From: Lachnospiraceae bacterium
GTDB taxonomy: Bacteria > Bacillota > Clostridia > Lachnospirales > Lachnospiraceae
Direction: 5' to 3'
Assembly: GCA_017436865.1 (NCBI GenBank)
Contig: JAFSCH010000053.1
Coordinates: 842-64,841, forward strand
Length of the DNA stretch: 64,000 nt
Shown here: in pieces, positions 1-10,025 of the stretch
How positions within the stretch are numbered: position 1 is the first letter of the stretch
Layout of the letters: the number at the start of each line of letters is the position of its first letter
The notes under the pieces: generated by a model
Seen by the model: only the letters and a program-made list of their open reading frames with translations
Told to the model about the DNA's origin: nothing
Database searches by the model: none
Translations under genes and position numbers: made by a program

Positions 1-199
1 ATTTAACCATTCAACTTGCATTTTCTTTCCCTTCTATATATAAACCTCTCAAATACAAGCAATTTTTATCACAATATCTGTTTTCCGTCAGTTTCTAATA
101 ATCGCCCATACTTCCAAATATCGCAATATACCTTTTATCATTGCGCCATCTTTTATACATTCTGATATATTTTCAGACTTAGGAGGCAATACCAATTCC

Positions 200-305
200 C
201 TTAGTATCTTCGCAACACTTCGAATTATTCTGTCTGATATGATGCTGTTACTTTTCCTTTTTGTTGCAATACTGTAATAATTCCGATCAAGCGTTCTACT
301 TTCAT
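200..305 (-). pseudogene. N-terminal remnant of a YafY/WYL-family HTH regulator
   Basis: Manual translation from ATG 305: MKVERLIGIITVLQQKGKVTASYQTE*FEVLRRY*. This matches the YafY-type HTH start, with an internal stop and truncation. Confidence 0.6.
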
Positions 306-412
306 CTTTCTGTTAAACCTTTTATAAAAGAAAAGAATGCGCAATGCACATTTACAATTATCCCATCACACAAGCTTCATTCCGAAAAGTTATATTTTAT
401 TCACTCTACTAC

Positions 413-441
413 TTGACAAATACATTTTTCCGATTTATTAT
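413..441 (+). promoter_or_regulatory. sigma-A promoter of trpB leader
   Basis: TTGACA (413-418), 17 bp spacer, TATTAT (436-441). Confidence 0.75.
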
Positions 442-458
442 TTAAAAAATAATATGAT

Positions 459-753
459 AAACCGTTGAAGCGGAGATAACGGCAACAATGCCTTTACAGA
501 GAGCCTGTGATGCTGAGAATCAGGTAAGAAACAACTTGTCAAATGGACCGCTGAGGGCGCAGTCAAAAGTGTTATTTGTTTACACCTAGTATTCTGCGAC
601 GTGTTGGCATACGTCAGTTGCCGGGAATATGTTAGTATTCTGCTAAGCGCACAGGTTTTTCTGTGAATCAAGGTGGCACCGCGGATAGTGTCGTACTGAA
701 AAGTATCTATTCGTCCTTGACAGATTGTATATTTCTGTCAAGGGCGTTTTTTT
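459..753 (+). ncRNA. T-box riboswitch, Trp specifier
   Basis: AGAGA and GCTGAG stem I motifs, specifier TGG at 544-546, T-box AAGGTGGCACCGCGG at 670-684, terminator hairpin plus T-run at 711-753, upstream of trpB. Confidence 0.93.
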
Positions 754-813
754 ATACATTCTATACAATCTGGTAACCGCTTATCAAACTTTATTTTTAA
801 GGAGGAAATTATT

Positions 814-2031
814 ATGGAATTCAACAACGTAAACTTTGACACTTATTTCAAAAACTATCCTGATGAAAATGGCTTTTTCGGAAAATACGGTGGTGCCTAT
901 GTTTCTCCCGAATTACAGAAAGCTATGGTTGAGATTAATGATGCATATCAGACTATCTGTAAATCTGCAAAATTCATCAATGAATTACGTCGCATCAGAA
1001 AAGAATTTCAAGGAAGGCCAACTCCTATTTCTCATCTTGAAAGGCTTTCCAATAAACTCGGAAACGTTCAGCTCTATGCAAAGCGTGAAGATTTGAATCA
1101 TACAGGTGCTCATAAGCTCAATCACTGTATGGGAGAAGTGTTACTAGCCAAATACATGGGTAAAAAGAAAGTTATCGCCGAAACTGGTGCTGGACAGCAC
1201 GGTGTAGCTCTTGCTACCGCTGCTGCATACTTCGGTTTGGAATGTGACATTTACATGGGTGCTGTTGACATTAAGAAACAAGCTCCGAACGTTGCTAGAA
1301 TGAAGATTCTCGGTGCAAGAGTCGTTGAGGTAACAGATGGATTACAGACTCTGAAAGAAGCTGTTGATGCTGCTTTTGCTGCATACTGCAGAGAGTACAA
1401 AGATGCCATTTACTGTATTGGTTCCGTATTAGGACCTCATCCTTTCCCTTTAATGGTTCGTGACTTCCAGAGTGTTATCGGTATTGAAGCTAGAGCTCAG
1501 TTCCTTGAAATGACAGGTGAACTTCCAGATGCAGTTGTCGCTTGTGTTGGTGGCGGTTCTAATGCCATGGGATTATTTTCAGGTTTCCTTAATGACCCTG
1601 TTGACATCTATGGTATCGAACCTCTTGGAAAAGGAACTACACTTGGTGACCATGCTGCAAGTCTTAAATATGGCGAAGAAGGTATTATGCACGGCTTTAA
1701 CAGTATTATGTTAAAAGATGAAAACGGAGAGCCTGCTCCTGTATATTCAGTTGCAAGTGGTCTTGACTATCCTTCTTCTGGTCCAGAACATGCATTTTTA
1801 CATGATTTAGGTCGTGTTAAATACGATGTAATCAATGACGAAGAAACAATTGATGCTTTCTTTGAATTATCTAGAATGGAGGGTATTATTCCTGCTATAG
1901 AAAGCTCTCACGCTGTAGCTTACGGTATCAAACTTGCCAAGACACTAAAGAAAGGTTCTGTTCTTATCAACCTTTCCGGTCGTGGCGATAAAGATATGGA
2001 TTATATCATTGAAAAATATGGTATTCGATAA
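814..2031 (+). CDS. trpB: tryptophan synthase beta subunit
   Basis: [13 protein letters not shown] (PLP lysine), [32 protein letters not shown]; RBS AAGGAGG. Confidence 0.97.
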   Translation: MEFNNVNFDTYFKNYPDENGFFGKYGGAYVSPELQKAMVEINDAYQTICKSAKFINELRRIRKEFQGRPTPISHLERLSNKLGNVQLYAKREDLNHTGAHKLNHCMGEVLLAKYMGKKKVIAETGAGQHGVALATAAAYFGLECDIYMGAVDIKKQAPNVARMKILGARVVEVTDGLQTLKEAVDAAFAAYCREYKDAIYCIGSVLGPHPFPLMVRDFQSVIGIEARAQFLEMTGELPDAVVACVGGGSNAMGLFSGFLNDPVDIYGIEPLGKGTTLGDHAASLKYGEEGIMHGFNSIMLKDENGEPAPVYSVASGLDYPSSGPEHAFLHDLGRVKYDVINDEETIDAFFELSRMEGIIPAIESSHAVAYGIKLAKTLKKGSVLINLSGRGDKDMDYIIEKYGIR

Positions 2032-2087
2032 GAAAATACCATAATATAGAAATCACTTTTTTCTAAGAGATGTATCTATATAATATA

Positions 2088-2120
2088 AGGCTATCCAATC
2101 TTTTTTGACTGGATAGCTTT
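2088..2120 (+). terminator. intrinsic terminator after trpB
   Basis: GCTATCCA...TGGATAGC followed by TTTT. Confidence 0.7.
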
Positions 2121-2505
2121 TCATAATTCTTCAAAAGATTCTCTATATTTCGATAAAGCTTCTTCCATCGTCCTATCATCATAGTTATTCCCAAGCTCTG
2201 ATTTTACAATTATTTTGATTATCGCTTATTTTATCATATTCTTATAATCTCTGCAGTAAATGCTTTGACCTGCCTTGAATAGTTACAAAAAGACCTTCCT
2301 TTCTTTCGGAAATCATCACGAATAAATGATAATCCTTAGAAAAGAAGGTCTACTCTTCGTATATCCTTAACTGGTTAAAAGATATATGCTAGGTATACCA
2401 TCACTGGCTGATTTTTTCGCCATTTTTCTACCTAATATTTTCATAACAAATCGCTTACAATCCGCATAAACACTGGGTTTTACGCATTCATCTTACCAAG
2501 ACTTC

Positions 2506-3234
2506 TTACTCATCCCAATTGTGGTAAACTGCCTGCACATCGTCATCCTCATCAAGTAAATCAAGTGTCTTGTTGAGGTTCTTGATAGCTGTTTCGTCAG
2601 TAAGCTCTACATAATTCTGTGGAATCATGGTTACTTCTGCGCTTACCATTGCAATGTTATTCTCTTGTAATGCTGTATATACGACATTGAAATCATCTGG
2701 AGCTGTAAGAACTTCGAAACTGTCCTCTTCCTCTGAGAAATCTTCTGCACCTGCATCAAGTGCAATCATCATAAGGTCATCTGCGCTCATATCGCATTCT
2801 TCTTTATCAATGATAATCTGTCCTTTTTCATCGAACATAAAAGAAACACAACCCTGTGTACCAATACTACCATTTCCTTTTGTAAACGCACTTCTTACAT
2901 TAGCAGCTGTTCTATTCTTGTTATCCGTAAGAGCTTCAACGATAATTGCAATACCATTTGGGCCATATCCTTCATATGTAACGTGCTCGTAATTAACCGC
3001 ATTTCCATCACCAGAAGCCTTCTTGATACCTCTCTCAATTGTATCGTTAGGCATGTTGCTCGCTTTTGCTTTTGCAATAACCTGTGCTAACTTAAAGTTA
3101 TTGGCTGGATCTGGGCCGCCTTCTTTAACTGCAACCGCAATTTCACGTCCAATTATTGTAAAAATCTTACCTTTTGCTGCATCGTTTTTCTCCTTTTTGT
3201 GCTTAATGTTCGCAAATTTTGAATGTCCTGACAT
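2506..3234 (-). CDS. yebC: YebC/PmpR family protein
   Basis: MSGHSKFANIKHKK, YEGYGPNG, TDNKNRT, DDDVQAVYHN. Confidence 0.96.
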   Translation of the reverse strand: MSGHSKFANIKHKKEKNDAAKGKIFTIIGREIAVAVKEGGPDPANNFKLAQVIAKAKASNMPNDTIERGIKKASGDGNAVNYEHVTYEGYGPNGIAIIVEALTDNKNRTAANVRSAFTKGNGSIGTQGCVSFMFDEKGQIIIDKEECDMSADDLMMIALDAGAEDFSEEEDSFEVLTAPDDFNVVYTALQENNIAMVSAEVTMIPQNYVELTDETAIKNLNKTLDLLDEDDDVQAVYHNWDE

Positions 3235-3281
3235 TTTATTACCTTTCCTTTCGAAATAAATATTTTGAAGTAACCTAGCGG

Positions 3282-4658
3282 TTACATTTCCTGCTCATTT
3301 TCATTCTGCTTTTCTAAAATTTCTTCCGGTAGCTTTGTTACAAGAACTGACTGAATCACATTCTTCTCTACATTTATAATCTTAAAATTATATCCGTATT
3401 CTTGAATCTCAGTATTTTCATCTTCATCCGGAATTCTGTCCAATCTGGAAATTAGAAAACCATTCAAAGTTTCAAACTCACTATCTCCGAAATCAATTCC
3501 AAAGCGTTCCTCCAAATCTTCCAGCTTTGTCATTCCTTCCATGAGATATTCATTATCACCTTTTTCTTCAATGTGCTTCTCATCGTCATCATATTCATCC
3601 ATAATATTACCAACGATTTCTTCCAGAATATCTTCCATGGTTACCAAACCGGAAGTCTGACCATATTCATCCATAACAACAACCATCTGATTTTTATCTG
3701 ACTGCATACTACGGAATAAATCGTCTATGTTTTTGGTCTCAGGAACAAATACTGCTTCTCTCAACAGTCCTTCAACTTTACCAACTTCGCAGTTAATACC
3801 CTCATCTAAGGTGTGCACTCTCATAGCGTCCTTCAAATACAACACACCTATAATATGATCCAAATTCTCTTCATATACAGGATATCGACTATAGCTTTCT
3901 TGTAAAATCTGACTTAGCGCCTCTTTAAATGGCATTGAGCTATCAATTGCTACTATATTATTTCTATGTGTCATAATATCGCTAGCTTCTTTTTCGCCAA
4001 ACTCAAAGATGTTTGTAATCATTTCTGCTTCACTAGCTTCCAAAACACCTTGCTCATGCCCCTCGTTCACCATGGAAATAATCTCTTCTTCGGTTACATC
4101 TATTTGTTCATCATCATGTTTAAATCCCAACAGTATCAGCATACCATTTACTGACTTTGCAACAATCCCTGTTACAGGATAGAGAACCGTTCTAATAACC
4201 TGTATAAAACGGATATATCGGTACGCCCATGCATCCGGTGATCTTTGCGCCAGTTTCTTTGGAAAAAGTGTTCCAAATGTCAATAATATGTATAAAAGGC
4301 AAATGGTTGCCAACATTACTGCCAGAATATGAATCCCTGTTTCGCCAATATTTCTTAATATCAAAATCTGTCCAAGCCAACCTCTAAACTTGTCTGTCCA
4401 AATCGGTAAATACACATAACCCATTACCAAATCAATTAACGTAATAATCAACTGAATAGAATTTACATATATCGTTGAACGTTTAACAATTTCGAAAAGA
4501 AGAAGCGATTTCTTATCTTTTTCTTCCTCTGCCTTACGCTCAATTTCCTTTTCATTCATCAGACTTATTGCTTTTTGAAATCCGTATAAAATAGCTTCCA
4601 TCAGCAATAATACAAAGAAAATAATTATGATAAAGACCGAAGTCCCCCCATCATCCAT
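3282..4658 (-). CDS. CNNM/hemolysin-family (DUF21-CBS-CorC) membrane protein
   Basis: N-terminal TM helices, CBS pair (YSRYPVY, DEYGQTSGLVTMEDILEEIVG), C-terminal CorC/HlyC domain. Confidence 0.92.
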   Translation of the reverse strand: MDDGGTSVFIIIIFFVLLLMEAILYGFQKAISLMNEKEIERKAEEEKDKKSLLLFEIVKRSTIYVNSIQLIITLIDLVMGYVYLPIWTDKFRGWLGQILILRNIGETGIHILAVMLATICLLYILLTFGTLFPKKLAQRSPDAWAYRYIRFIQVIRTVLYPVTGIVAKSVNGMLILLGFKHDDEQIDVTEEEIISMVNEGHEQGVLEASEAEMITNIFEFGEKEASDIMTHRNNIVAIDSSMPFKEALSQILQESYSRYPVYEENLDHIIGVLYLKDAMRVHTLDEGINCEVGKVEGLLREAVFVPETKNIDDLFRSMQSDKNQMVVVMDEYGQTSGLVTMEDILEEIVGNIMDEYDDDEKHIEEKGDNEYLMEGMTKLEDLEERFGIDFGDSEFETLNGFLISRLDRIPDEDENTEIQEYGYNFKIINVEKNVIQSVLVTKLPEEILEKQNENEQEM

Positions 4659-4716
4659 GAATGTTATTCACTCCTTTTATCTTTTAGTAAACACGAAAAC
4701 GTGCGCATTTATAATA

Positions 4717-4788
4717 GAATGTGCATCGCACATTCCCGCGCCATTGAAGCGTCGTTTCAGCGACATATACACCTGCTTCAATGTGCGC
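4717..4788. repeat. REP-like multi-hairpin intergenic element
   Basis: GAATGTGC-atc-GCACATTC, then CATTGAAGC...GCTTCAATG enclosing GTCG-tttcag-CGAC; partial similar hairpin at 335-352. Confidence 0.55.
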
Positions 4789-4871
4789 ATATAAAAATAT
4801 AACACCACTTAACATAAACGTCAACATCGAATCAGCTACCCTTACCACTGATTCGATGCTCCAAGCCCAGA

Positions 4872-5213
4872 CTATGTATTTAGTTCCAGGCTAATTTCCA
4901 AAGCTCGGTTTACCTTCTGCATAATTGGTGTATCCAAATGACATACCTTATCTTTCAATCTCTTTTTATCAATGGTTCTAAGCTGTTCTAATAAAATAAC
5001 AGAATCCTTTACCATATCATAATTACCTGCATTTAACTCAATATGAGTAGGCAAATTCGCTTTATTCATTTTAGAGGTTATTGCTGCACAAATTACCGTT
5101 GGGCTATGTCTGTTTCCGACATCATTCTGTATAATCAGTACTGGTCTTACTCCACCTTGTTCAGAACCTACCACCGGTCTTAAATCTGCATAATAAATAT
5201 CTCCTCGTTTCAT
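4872..5213 (-). CDS. mazF: MazF/PemK (NdoA-like) endoribonuclease
   Basis: [43 protein letters not shown]; start 5213 chosen from RBS GAGGTG. Confidence 0.93.
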   Translation of the reverse strand: MKRGDIYYADLRPVVGSEQGGVRPVLIIQNDVGNRHSPTVICAAITSKMNKANLPTHIELNAGNYDMVKDSVILLEQLRTIDKKRLKDKVCHLDTPIMQKVNRALEISLELNT

Positions 5214-5261
5214 TCCATACACCTCAACTATCCTCTTAAGACTGACTTATCTGTCTGATTC

Positions 5262-5291
5262 TAGTCTTACCAACCATTTAGGGTTTTATAC
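5262..5291 (-). promoter_or_regulatory. sigma-F-like (forespore) promoter upstream of mazF
   Basis: Minus strand GTATA-15 bp-GGTAAGACTA, matching the B. subtilis sigF consensus GYATA-15-GGnnAnAHTR. Confidence 0.55.
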
Positions 5292-5352
5292 GATGTATGT
5301 CTCACTTTCATAGATATTTAGTAACCATTCCATACCTTCATAGTTATGATAT

Positions 5353-6513
5353 TTATTCATTAATCAGTGTGTCTTCTATTTTATATATTCTTGGAACTCG
5401 CTTACCAATATCACAAGCAAGCTCATAGTTAAAACGGCCCGAAAGATCTCCTAGTTCTTCCATCGTTATAATTTCATTACCATCTCGCCCAATAAGCGTT
5501 ACTACATCACCAACACACACTTCACCTTTTACATCGGTCACATCTATCATAAACTGATCCATGCACACTCTTCCTAAAATAGGCGCTTTCTGCCCATTAA
5601 CTAAAACATGACCGATATTAGAAAGACTTCTTGGATAACCATCTCCATAGCCTATGCAAATAGTAGCCACTTGTGTATCACGCACTGTTATATAGGTACC
5701 TCCATAACTGATCTCTTGATTAGCAGTCACCATTTTTACATAAACAATTCTTGACTTCAATGTCAATGCTGGTTTTAGCTCTACTTCTTGCTTTTCCTGT
5801 ACTTCCTTAGAAGGCCACAAGCCATAAATGATAATGCCTGCTCTTACTGCATCCATATTTGCTTCAGGCATTTCCAAAATGCCTGCGCTGTTGGAACAAT
5901 GTTTCATCGGTATCTTTATTCCAAGTTCTCTTTCAATCCTGTCAACAAATTCCTGAAACATGTGTAATTGATGATAAGATTTTGACTTATCCGTCTCATC
6001 TGCAGTTGCAAAATGTGTAAAAATACCTTCTATTTCTATGCCAGGGAGTTCACAAACCTGACGTATCAACTTAACTCCCTCTTCGTTTGGATGTATTCCG
6101 ATTCTTGTCATACCCGTATCAACTTTGATATGAACACGACATATCTTTCCCATTTTCAATGCTTTTTCAGATAAAAGCTGTGCTACATCCAGCATAAAGA
6201 CTGTTGGTCTTATCTCTTCTTCTATCATTTTCTCGTAGCTATATGGAAAAGTGTAGCCTAATATTAATAGCGGTTTTTTTATCCCTTTTTCTCTTAATGC
6301 ATGTGCTTCCTCTGCTGTTGCTACACCAAATCCCCAAATTGCCTGTTCAGATTCTACAGCTTTTGCAATCGGAATCGCACCATGTCCATACCCATCTGTT
6401 TTAATTACTGGAATCATTTTGGTACTCGGCTTAATTTTCTTTTTAATTGTTTCTATATTTTCTGTGATTGCATCCAAATCAACCTCAGCCCAGACTCTAT
6501 CATAATGTTTCAT
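5353..6513 (-). CDS. alr: alanine racemase
   Basis: VIKTDGYGHG (PLP Lys), HIKVDTGMTRIG, GYGDGYPR, GRVCMDQ. Confidence 0.97.
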   Translation of the reverse strand: MKHYDRVWAEVDLDAITENIETIKKKIKPSTKMIPVIKTDGYGHGAIPIAKAVESEQAIWGFGVATAEEAHALREKGIKKPLLILGYTFPYSYEKMIEEEIRPTVFMLDVAQLLSEKALKMGKICRVHIKVDTGMTRIGIHPNEEGVKLIRQVCELPGIEIEGIFTHFATADETDKSKSYHQLHMFQEFVDRIERELGIKIPMKHCSNSAGILEMPEANMDAVRAGIIIYGLWPSKEVQEKQEVELKPALTLKSRIVYVKMVTANQEISYGGTYITVRDTQVATICIGYGDGYPRSLSNIGHVLVNGQKAPILGRVCMDQFMIDVTDVKGEVCVGDVVTLIGRDGNEIITMEELGDLSGRFNYELACDIGKRVPRIYKIEDTLINE

Positions 6514-6533
6514 ATCAACAACTCTACCCCTTT

Positions 6534-8048
6534 CTAGATATATCTTAAGGAATCTATCATATCCTGCGCCATAACATAATACGCAGATGTCTTTTCTTTT
6601 GCATAATCGCCTGCAAGTCCATGAATATACGTTCCCATAACCGCCGCCTCAAAACCGGCCATTCCCTGCGCCATGAGCCCTGCTATAATACCTGTCAGCA
6701 CATCCCCGGAACCTGCAGTTGCCATTCCATCATTACCACTTGTATTTACATACGTCATTTTATACTGCTTAACAACATATGTTCTTGCATCTTTACAGAC
6801 AAGTGTTGCACAATATTTTTTGGCAAAAGACTTACAATAACTAATAACATCTTTTTGCAATCGAGGAACCGGATGCTTTATCAATCTCGCAAACTCTCCC
6901 AAATGTGGAGTTAAAACGATTTCTCGATTATTTTCCATACGTCCTATTTCAAATTGCTGCAGGGATTCTTGTTTTGCTGCAAGAATATTAAGCGCATCTG
7001 CATCCAAAACCATTGGTTTTTTATTATTCTGCATAATATACTCTACAATATAAGCGGCTTTTTCAGATGTAGAAATCCCTGGACCTATTGCAATGACATC
7101 AGCCCATTTTAGACCATCCTGTAAATCAATCTCCTCTTCACCACTTAACCTTGAAATACCATCATCATGGTATGTACTTACTATAACCTCTGGAACCTTC
7201 CTAAGTAGACTTTCCCTATTCTCTTCTGCAGTAAACACACGCACCATACCTGCCCCTATGCGAAAAGCACTTAGCGCAGCTAATTGGCATGCTCCGCCCA
7301 TATTTTTTGAACCAGCAATCAATAACACCTTTCCAAAAGTCCCTTTGTTTCCTGCTGGATTTCTATTTGGTAGCTTCAAATCCTGTCGATTAAATGTAAC
7401 AATACCATTCTTACGTTCTTCCAATGCTTCTTGCGGAATTCCAATAGGCACACAAACAACCTCTCCTGCGTACTGTGTCCCCGGATAAAGCACCTGGCCT
7501 AGCTTGCGATATGCATAAGTAACGGTAAGTTCTGCCTTAACAGCAACTCCCATAACACTACCATCATCCGAATGAATTCCTGAAGGCATATCTACAGACA
7601 CTACTCTGGCTCTGGATTCATTGATTGCCATAATCGCCTCTCGGTATGTACCTTCTACTTCTCTGGTTAATCCTATTCCAAAAATAGCATCTACCATAAC
7701 ATCATATATTGTGTTATCCAATCCAAAATACACAGGAATGCCAAGACTTTTTGCTATATCCAATTGCTGCCTCGTCTCTGCCGAACACTTTTTCACTTCT
7801 CCTATTAAATGAATCTCAGCACTCACTCCATATTCTCGTAATATACGTGCAATTGCAACACCATCTCCACCGTTGTTGCCACATCCCGCTACAACACCGA
7901 CATAAATGTCACTTCCATATCTATCTAATATAACTTTTACAGTTTCTAATGCTGCCCGCTCCATTAATACAAGCGACGGAATTCCATAAGTAAGACTTGT
8001 CGTCTCATCGCATTTTTTCATTTCTGCTGCTGTCAAAATATATTCCAT
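6534..8048 (-). CDS. nnr: bifunctional NAD(P)HX epimerase/dehydratase
   Basis: LMERAA, GNNGGDG, DAIFGIG, VDMPSG (NnrE); NKGTFG, DADAL, TPHLGEF, ATAGSGDVLTG (NnrD). The start at 8048 (MEYIL) has an RBS; the ORF-track extension to 8105 runs into a repeat. Confidence 0.93.
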   Translation of the reverse strand: MEYILTAAEMKKCDETTSLTYGIPSLVLMERAALETVKVILDRYGSDIYVGVVAGCGNNGGDGVAIARILREYGVSAEIHLIGEVKKCSAETRQQLDIAKSLGIPVYFGLDNTIYDVMVDAIFGIGLTREVEGTYREAIMAINESRARVVSVDMPSGIHSDDGSVMGVAVKAELTVTYAYRKLGQVLYPGTQYAGEVVCVPIGIPQEALEERKNGIVTFNRQDLKLPNRNPAGNKGTFGKVLLIAGSKNMGGACQLAALSAFRIGAGMVRVFTAEENRESLLRKVPEVIVSTYHDDGISRLSGEEEIDLQDGLKWADVIAIGPGISTSEKAAYIVEYIMQNNKKPMVLDADALNILAAKQESLQQFEIGRMENNREIVLTPHLGEFARLIKHPVPRLQKDVISYCKSFAKKYCATLVCKDARTYVVKQYKMTYVNTSGNDGMATAGSGDVLTGIIAGLMAQGMAGFEAAVMGTYIHGLAGDYAKEKTSAYYVMAQDMIDSLRYI

Positions 8049-8282
8049 GCTGTTCCCCGTCTCTGTAACTACTCTGTATCTGTTACTGTTGTAATTATTC
8101 TGCACCTTTATAATTACTTACTGTTTATCTGTCAACAGTAACATTTCGTAGTTACCATATTCTCTATCTTTCATAGTATAGCACGAATTGCCTTGTAAAA
8201 AAAGACGTTTTCCACTTAATCTCTCAAGTGAAAAACGTCTTGATTATGATTCTTTTTTCTCTAGCTGAACAATATCTTTTTC

Positions 8283-8356
8283 GTAATTATTCAGTACCTT
8301 CATAATTACGATGCAAAAATCCATTTAAAATCGCTTTCAGCGATGGGATTTTTGCT
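8283..8356. repeat. dispersed palindromic intergenic repeat (type copy)
   Basis: GTAATTATTCAGTACCTTCATAATTAC followed by a GCAAAAATC...GATTTTTGC hairpin; core also at 8091, 39520 and 42356, with variants at 5321, 22533 and 38291. Confidence 0.8.
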
Positions 8357-8411
8357 TACCGTATCATTTTCTTACGGTCTCAGCAGTAAATGCTTCGACC
8401 TACCTGAATAG

Positions 8412-9032
8412 TTACTCTTTTTCTTTATTTAAAACATTCTGCGGATTATATTTCATATCAAACATTTCAATTACATCTGGGCCAAAAATAGCATGCATAT
8501 AAGAATATAATTCATCATTCATGACTTCTCGCTGCTGTTTCTGCAACACCTTTCGTTTTAACTGATTACGAAAATCTTGAATCCAACCATTAATCGCTTC
8601 TATTTCCTGTGTATTTTGTTGAATCTTGTCATAACACACACACATAGTCGCTATCATAAGCTCAAAATTTGTCTCATCAATTAACTTTGGTAAATCAAGC
8701 ATTTCATCGCGATAATCCTCAAGCTTTACATTCGTCTCTTCAATTAATCGCTTATTTTCACTCATTTTGCGCTCTTTTTCCTTAGAATCAGGAAGCTCCA
8801 TAATTGCTACAATTTCGTTCATAAGCTTCTTTTTATAAGAGTTCAAACTTTTTATCTGTGAATTAACTTTACCCTGTTGCTTCAAATATTCATTTAACTT
8901 TTCTTCAAGAGCCTTTATCTCTTCATGCTCCTGGGCCTGTGTAAAAAGCTTATGCCAATTATTATCCAATGTTAATATCGGTATCTTTTTCCCTGCTAAT
9001 GCTACTCTGTATTCTTCTTCCCCTTTTGCCAT
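8412..9032 (-). CDS. hypothetical coiled-coil protein downstream of rex
   Basis: 206-aa ORF with RBS GGGGG, heptad-rich sequence. Confidence 0.8.
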   Translation of the reverse strand: MAKGEEEYRVALAGKKIPILTLDNNWHKLFTQAQEHEEIKALEEKLNEYLKQQGKVNSQIKSLNSYKKKLMNEIVAIMELPDSKEKERKMSENKRLIEETNVKLEDYRDEMLDLPKLIDETNFELMIATMCVCYDKIQQNTQEIEAINGWIQDFRNQLKRKVLQKQQREVMNDELYSYMHAIFGPDVIEMFDMKYNPQNVLNKEKE

Positions 9033-9064
9033 TTATATTCCCCCATCAAGTAAAAGGATACATC

Positions 9065-9700
9065 TTATGAATTCTGAACAATACCATAAGAAAGCTTCAT
9101 AAGACTATCTGATAAATGTACATTTTCAACCACTATGCTATCTGGAACATTCAAATCCACATGTGCAAAATTCCATATCGCTTTAATATTACACTTTACA
9201 AGTACTTCTGCTGTTTTCACAGCTCCATCCTTCGGAATCGTTAAAACAGCGATATCAATATCATTCGCTTTAACAAATTCTTCTATTTTCTCAACAGGCT
9301 GTACCGGAATTCCACGTACTTCCTTTCCTTGTAGTTCAGGATTGATGTCAAATACACCCTTAACAAGAAAACCACGTCTTTCAAAATTCATATAATTTGC
9401 TATTGCCTGACCAAGATTTCCAGCACCAACAATAATCAAATTGTGCTTGTTATTTAAACCTAAAATCTTTGCTATTTCATCATAAAGATACTCTACATTA
9501 TATCCATAACCCTGCTGTCCAAACCCACCAAAATTATTAAAATCCTGTCGAATCTGTGATGCAGTTACCTTCATCAATTTGCTCAAATCCTGTGAAGATA
9601 TTCTTTCAATACCACTGTCCTTCAAATCTCCCAAATACCGATAATATCTAGGGAGTCTGCCGATAACCGCCTGAGATATTACTTTATCATCCACGATCAT
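9065..9700 (-). CDS. rex: redox-sensing transcriptional repressor Rex
   Basis: RLPRYYRYL, SQIRQDFNNFGGFGQQGYGY, VGAGNLG, IWNFA. Confidence 0.97.
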   Translation of the reverse strand: MIVDDKVISQAVIGRLPRYYRYLGDLKDSGIERISSQDLSKLMKVTASQIRQDFNNFGGFGQQGYGYNVEYLYDEIAKILGLNNKHNLIIVGAGNLGQAIANYMNFERRGFLVKGVFDINPELQGKEVRGIPVQPVEKIEEFVKANDIDIAVLTIPKDGAVKTAEVLVKCNIKAIWNFAHVDLNVPDSIVVENVHLSDSLMKLSYGIVQNS

Positions 9701-9756
9701 CCACCTCCATAAAGCTTACAAATATGTGACAAAATTTCACCAATTTATCTAATAAA

Positions 9757-9785
9757 AGTATACAACATTGTTAAATGATTGTCAA
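9757..9785 (-). promoter_or_regulatory. sigma-A promoter of rex with overlapping Rex-like operator
   Basis: Minus strand TTGACA-17-TATACT; TTGTTAAatgaTTGTCAA (9768-9785) resembles the clostridial Rex box TTGTTAANNNNTTAACAA. Confidence 0.7.
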
Positions 9786-10025
9786 ATCATATTTTGTAAA
9801 CCCTTTCCTCTCGTGTTACCATTCGATACTGTTCACTCCGTTCCAGTAACATGCAAAAATACCTTGTATTCCTTGTATTTTCAATAGCTATCTTATATAA
9901 TATACAAGATTATGTGTTATTAGGACTTATAATTTAGTTCTAATGTAACTATCCATAACAAGGTCAAAGAACTTACTGCTGAGACCATAAGAATATGATT
10001 CAAGAACGAAAAATTGGAGGTTCCC

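Noticed and set aside
438-671. 77-aa minus-strand ORF
   Set aside because: Antisense to the trp T-box; no protein features
2121-2500. Possible remnant of an element at the yebC 3' end
   Set aside because: Only broken reading frames; no recognisable gene or att duplication
9724-9743. Second Rex box ATGTGACAAAATTTCACCAA
   Set aside because: Half-site spacing is one base off; weaker than 9768-9785
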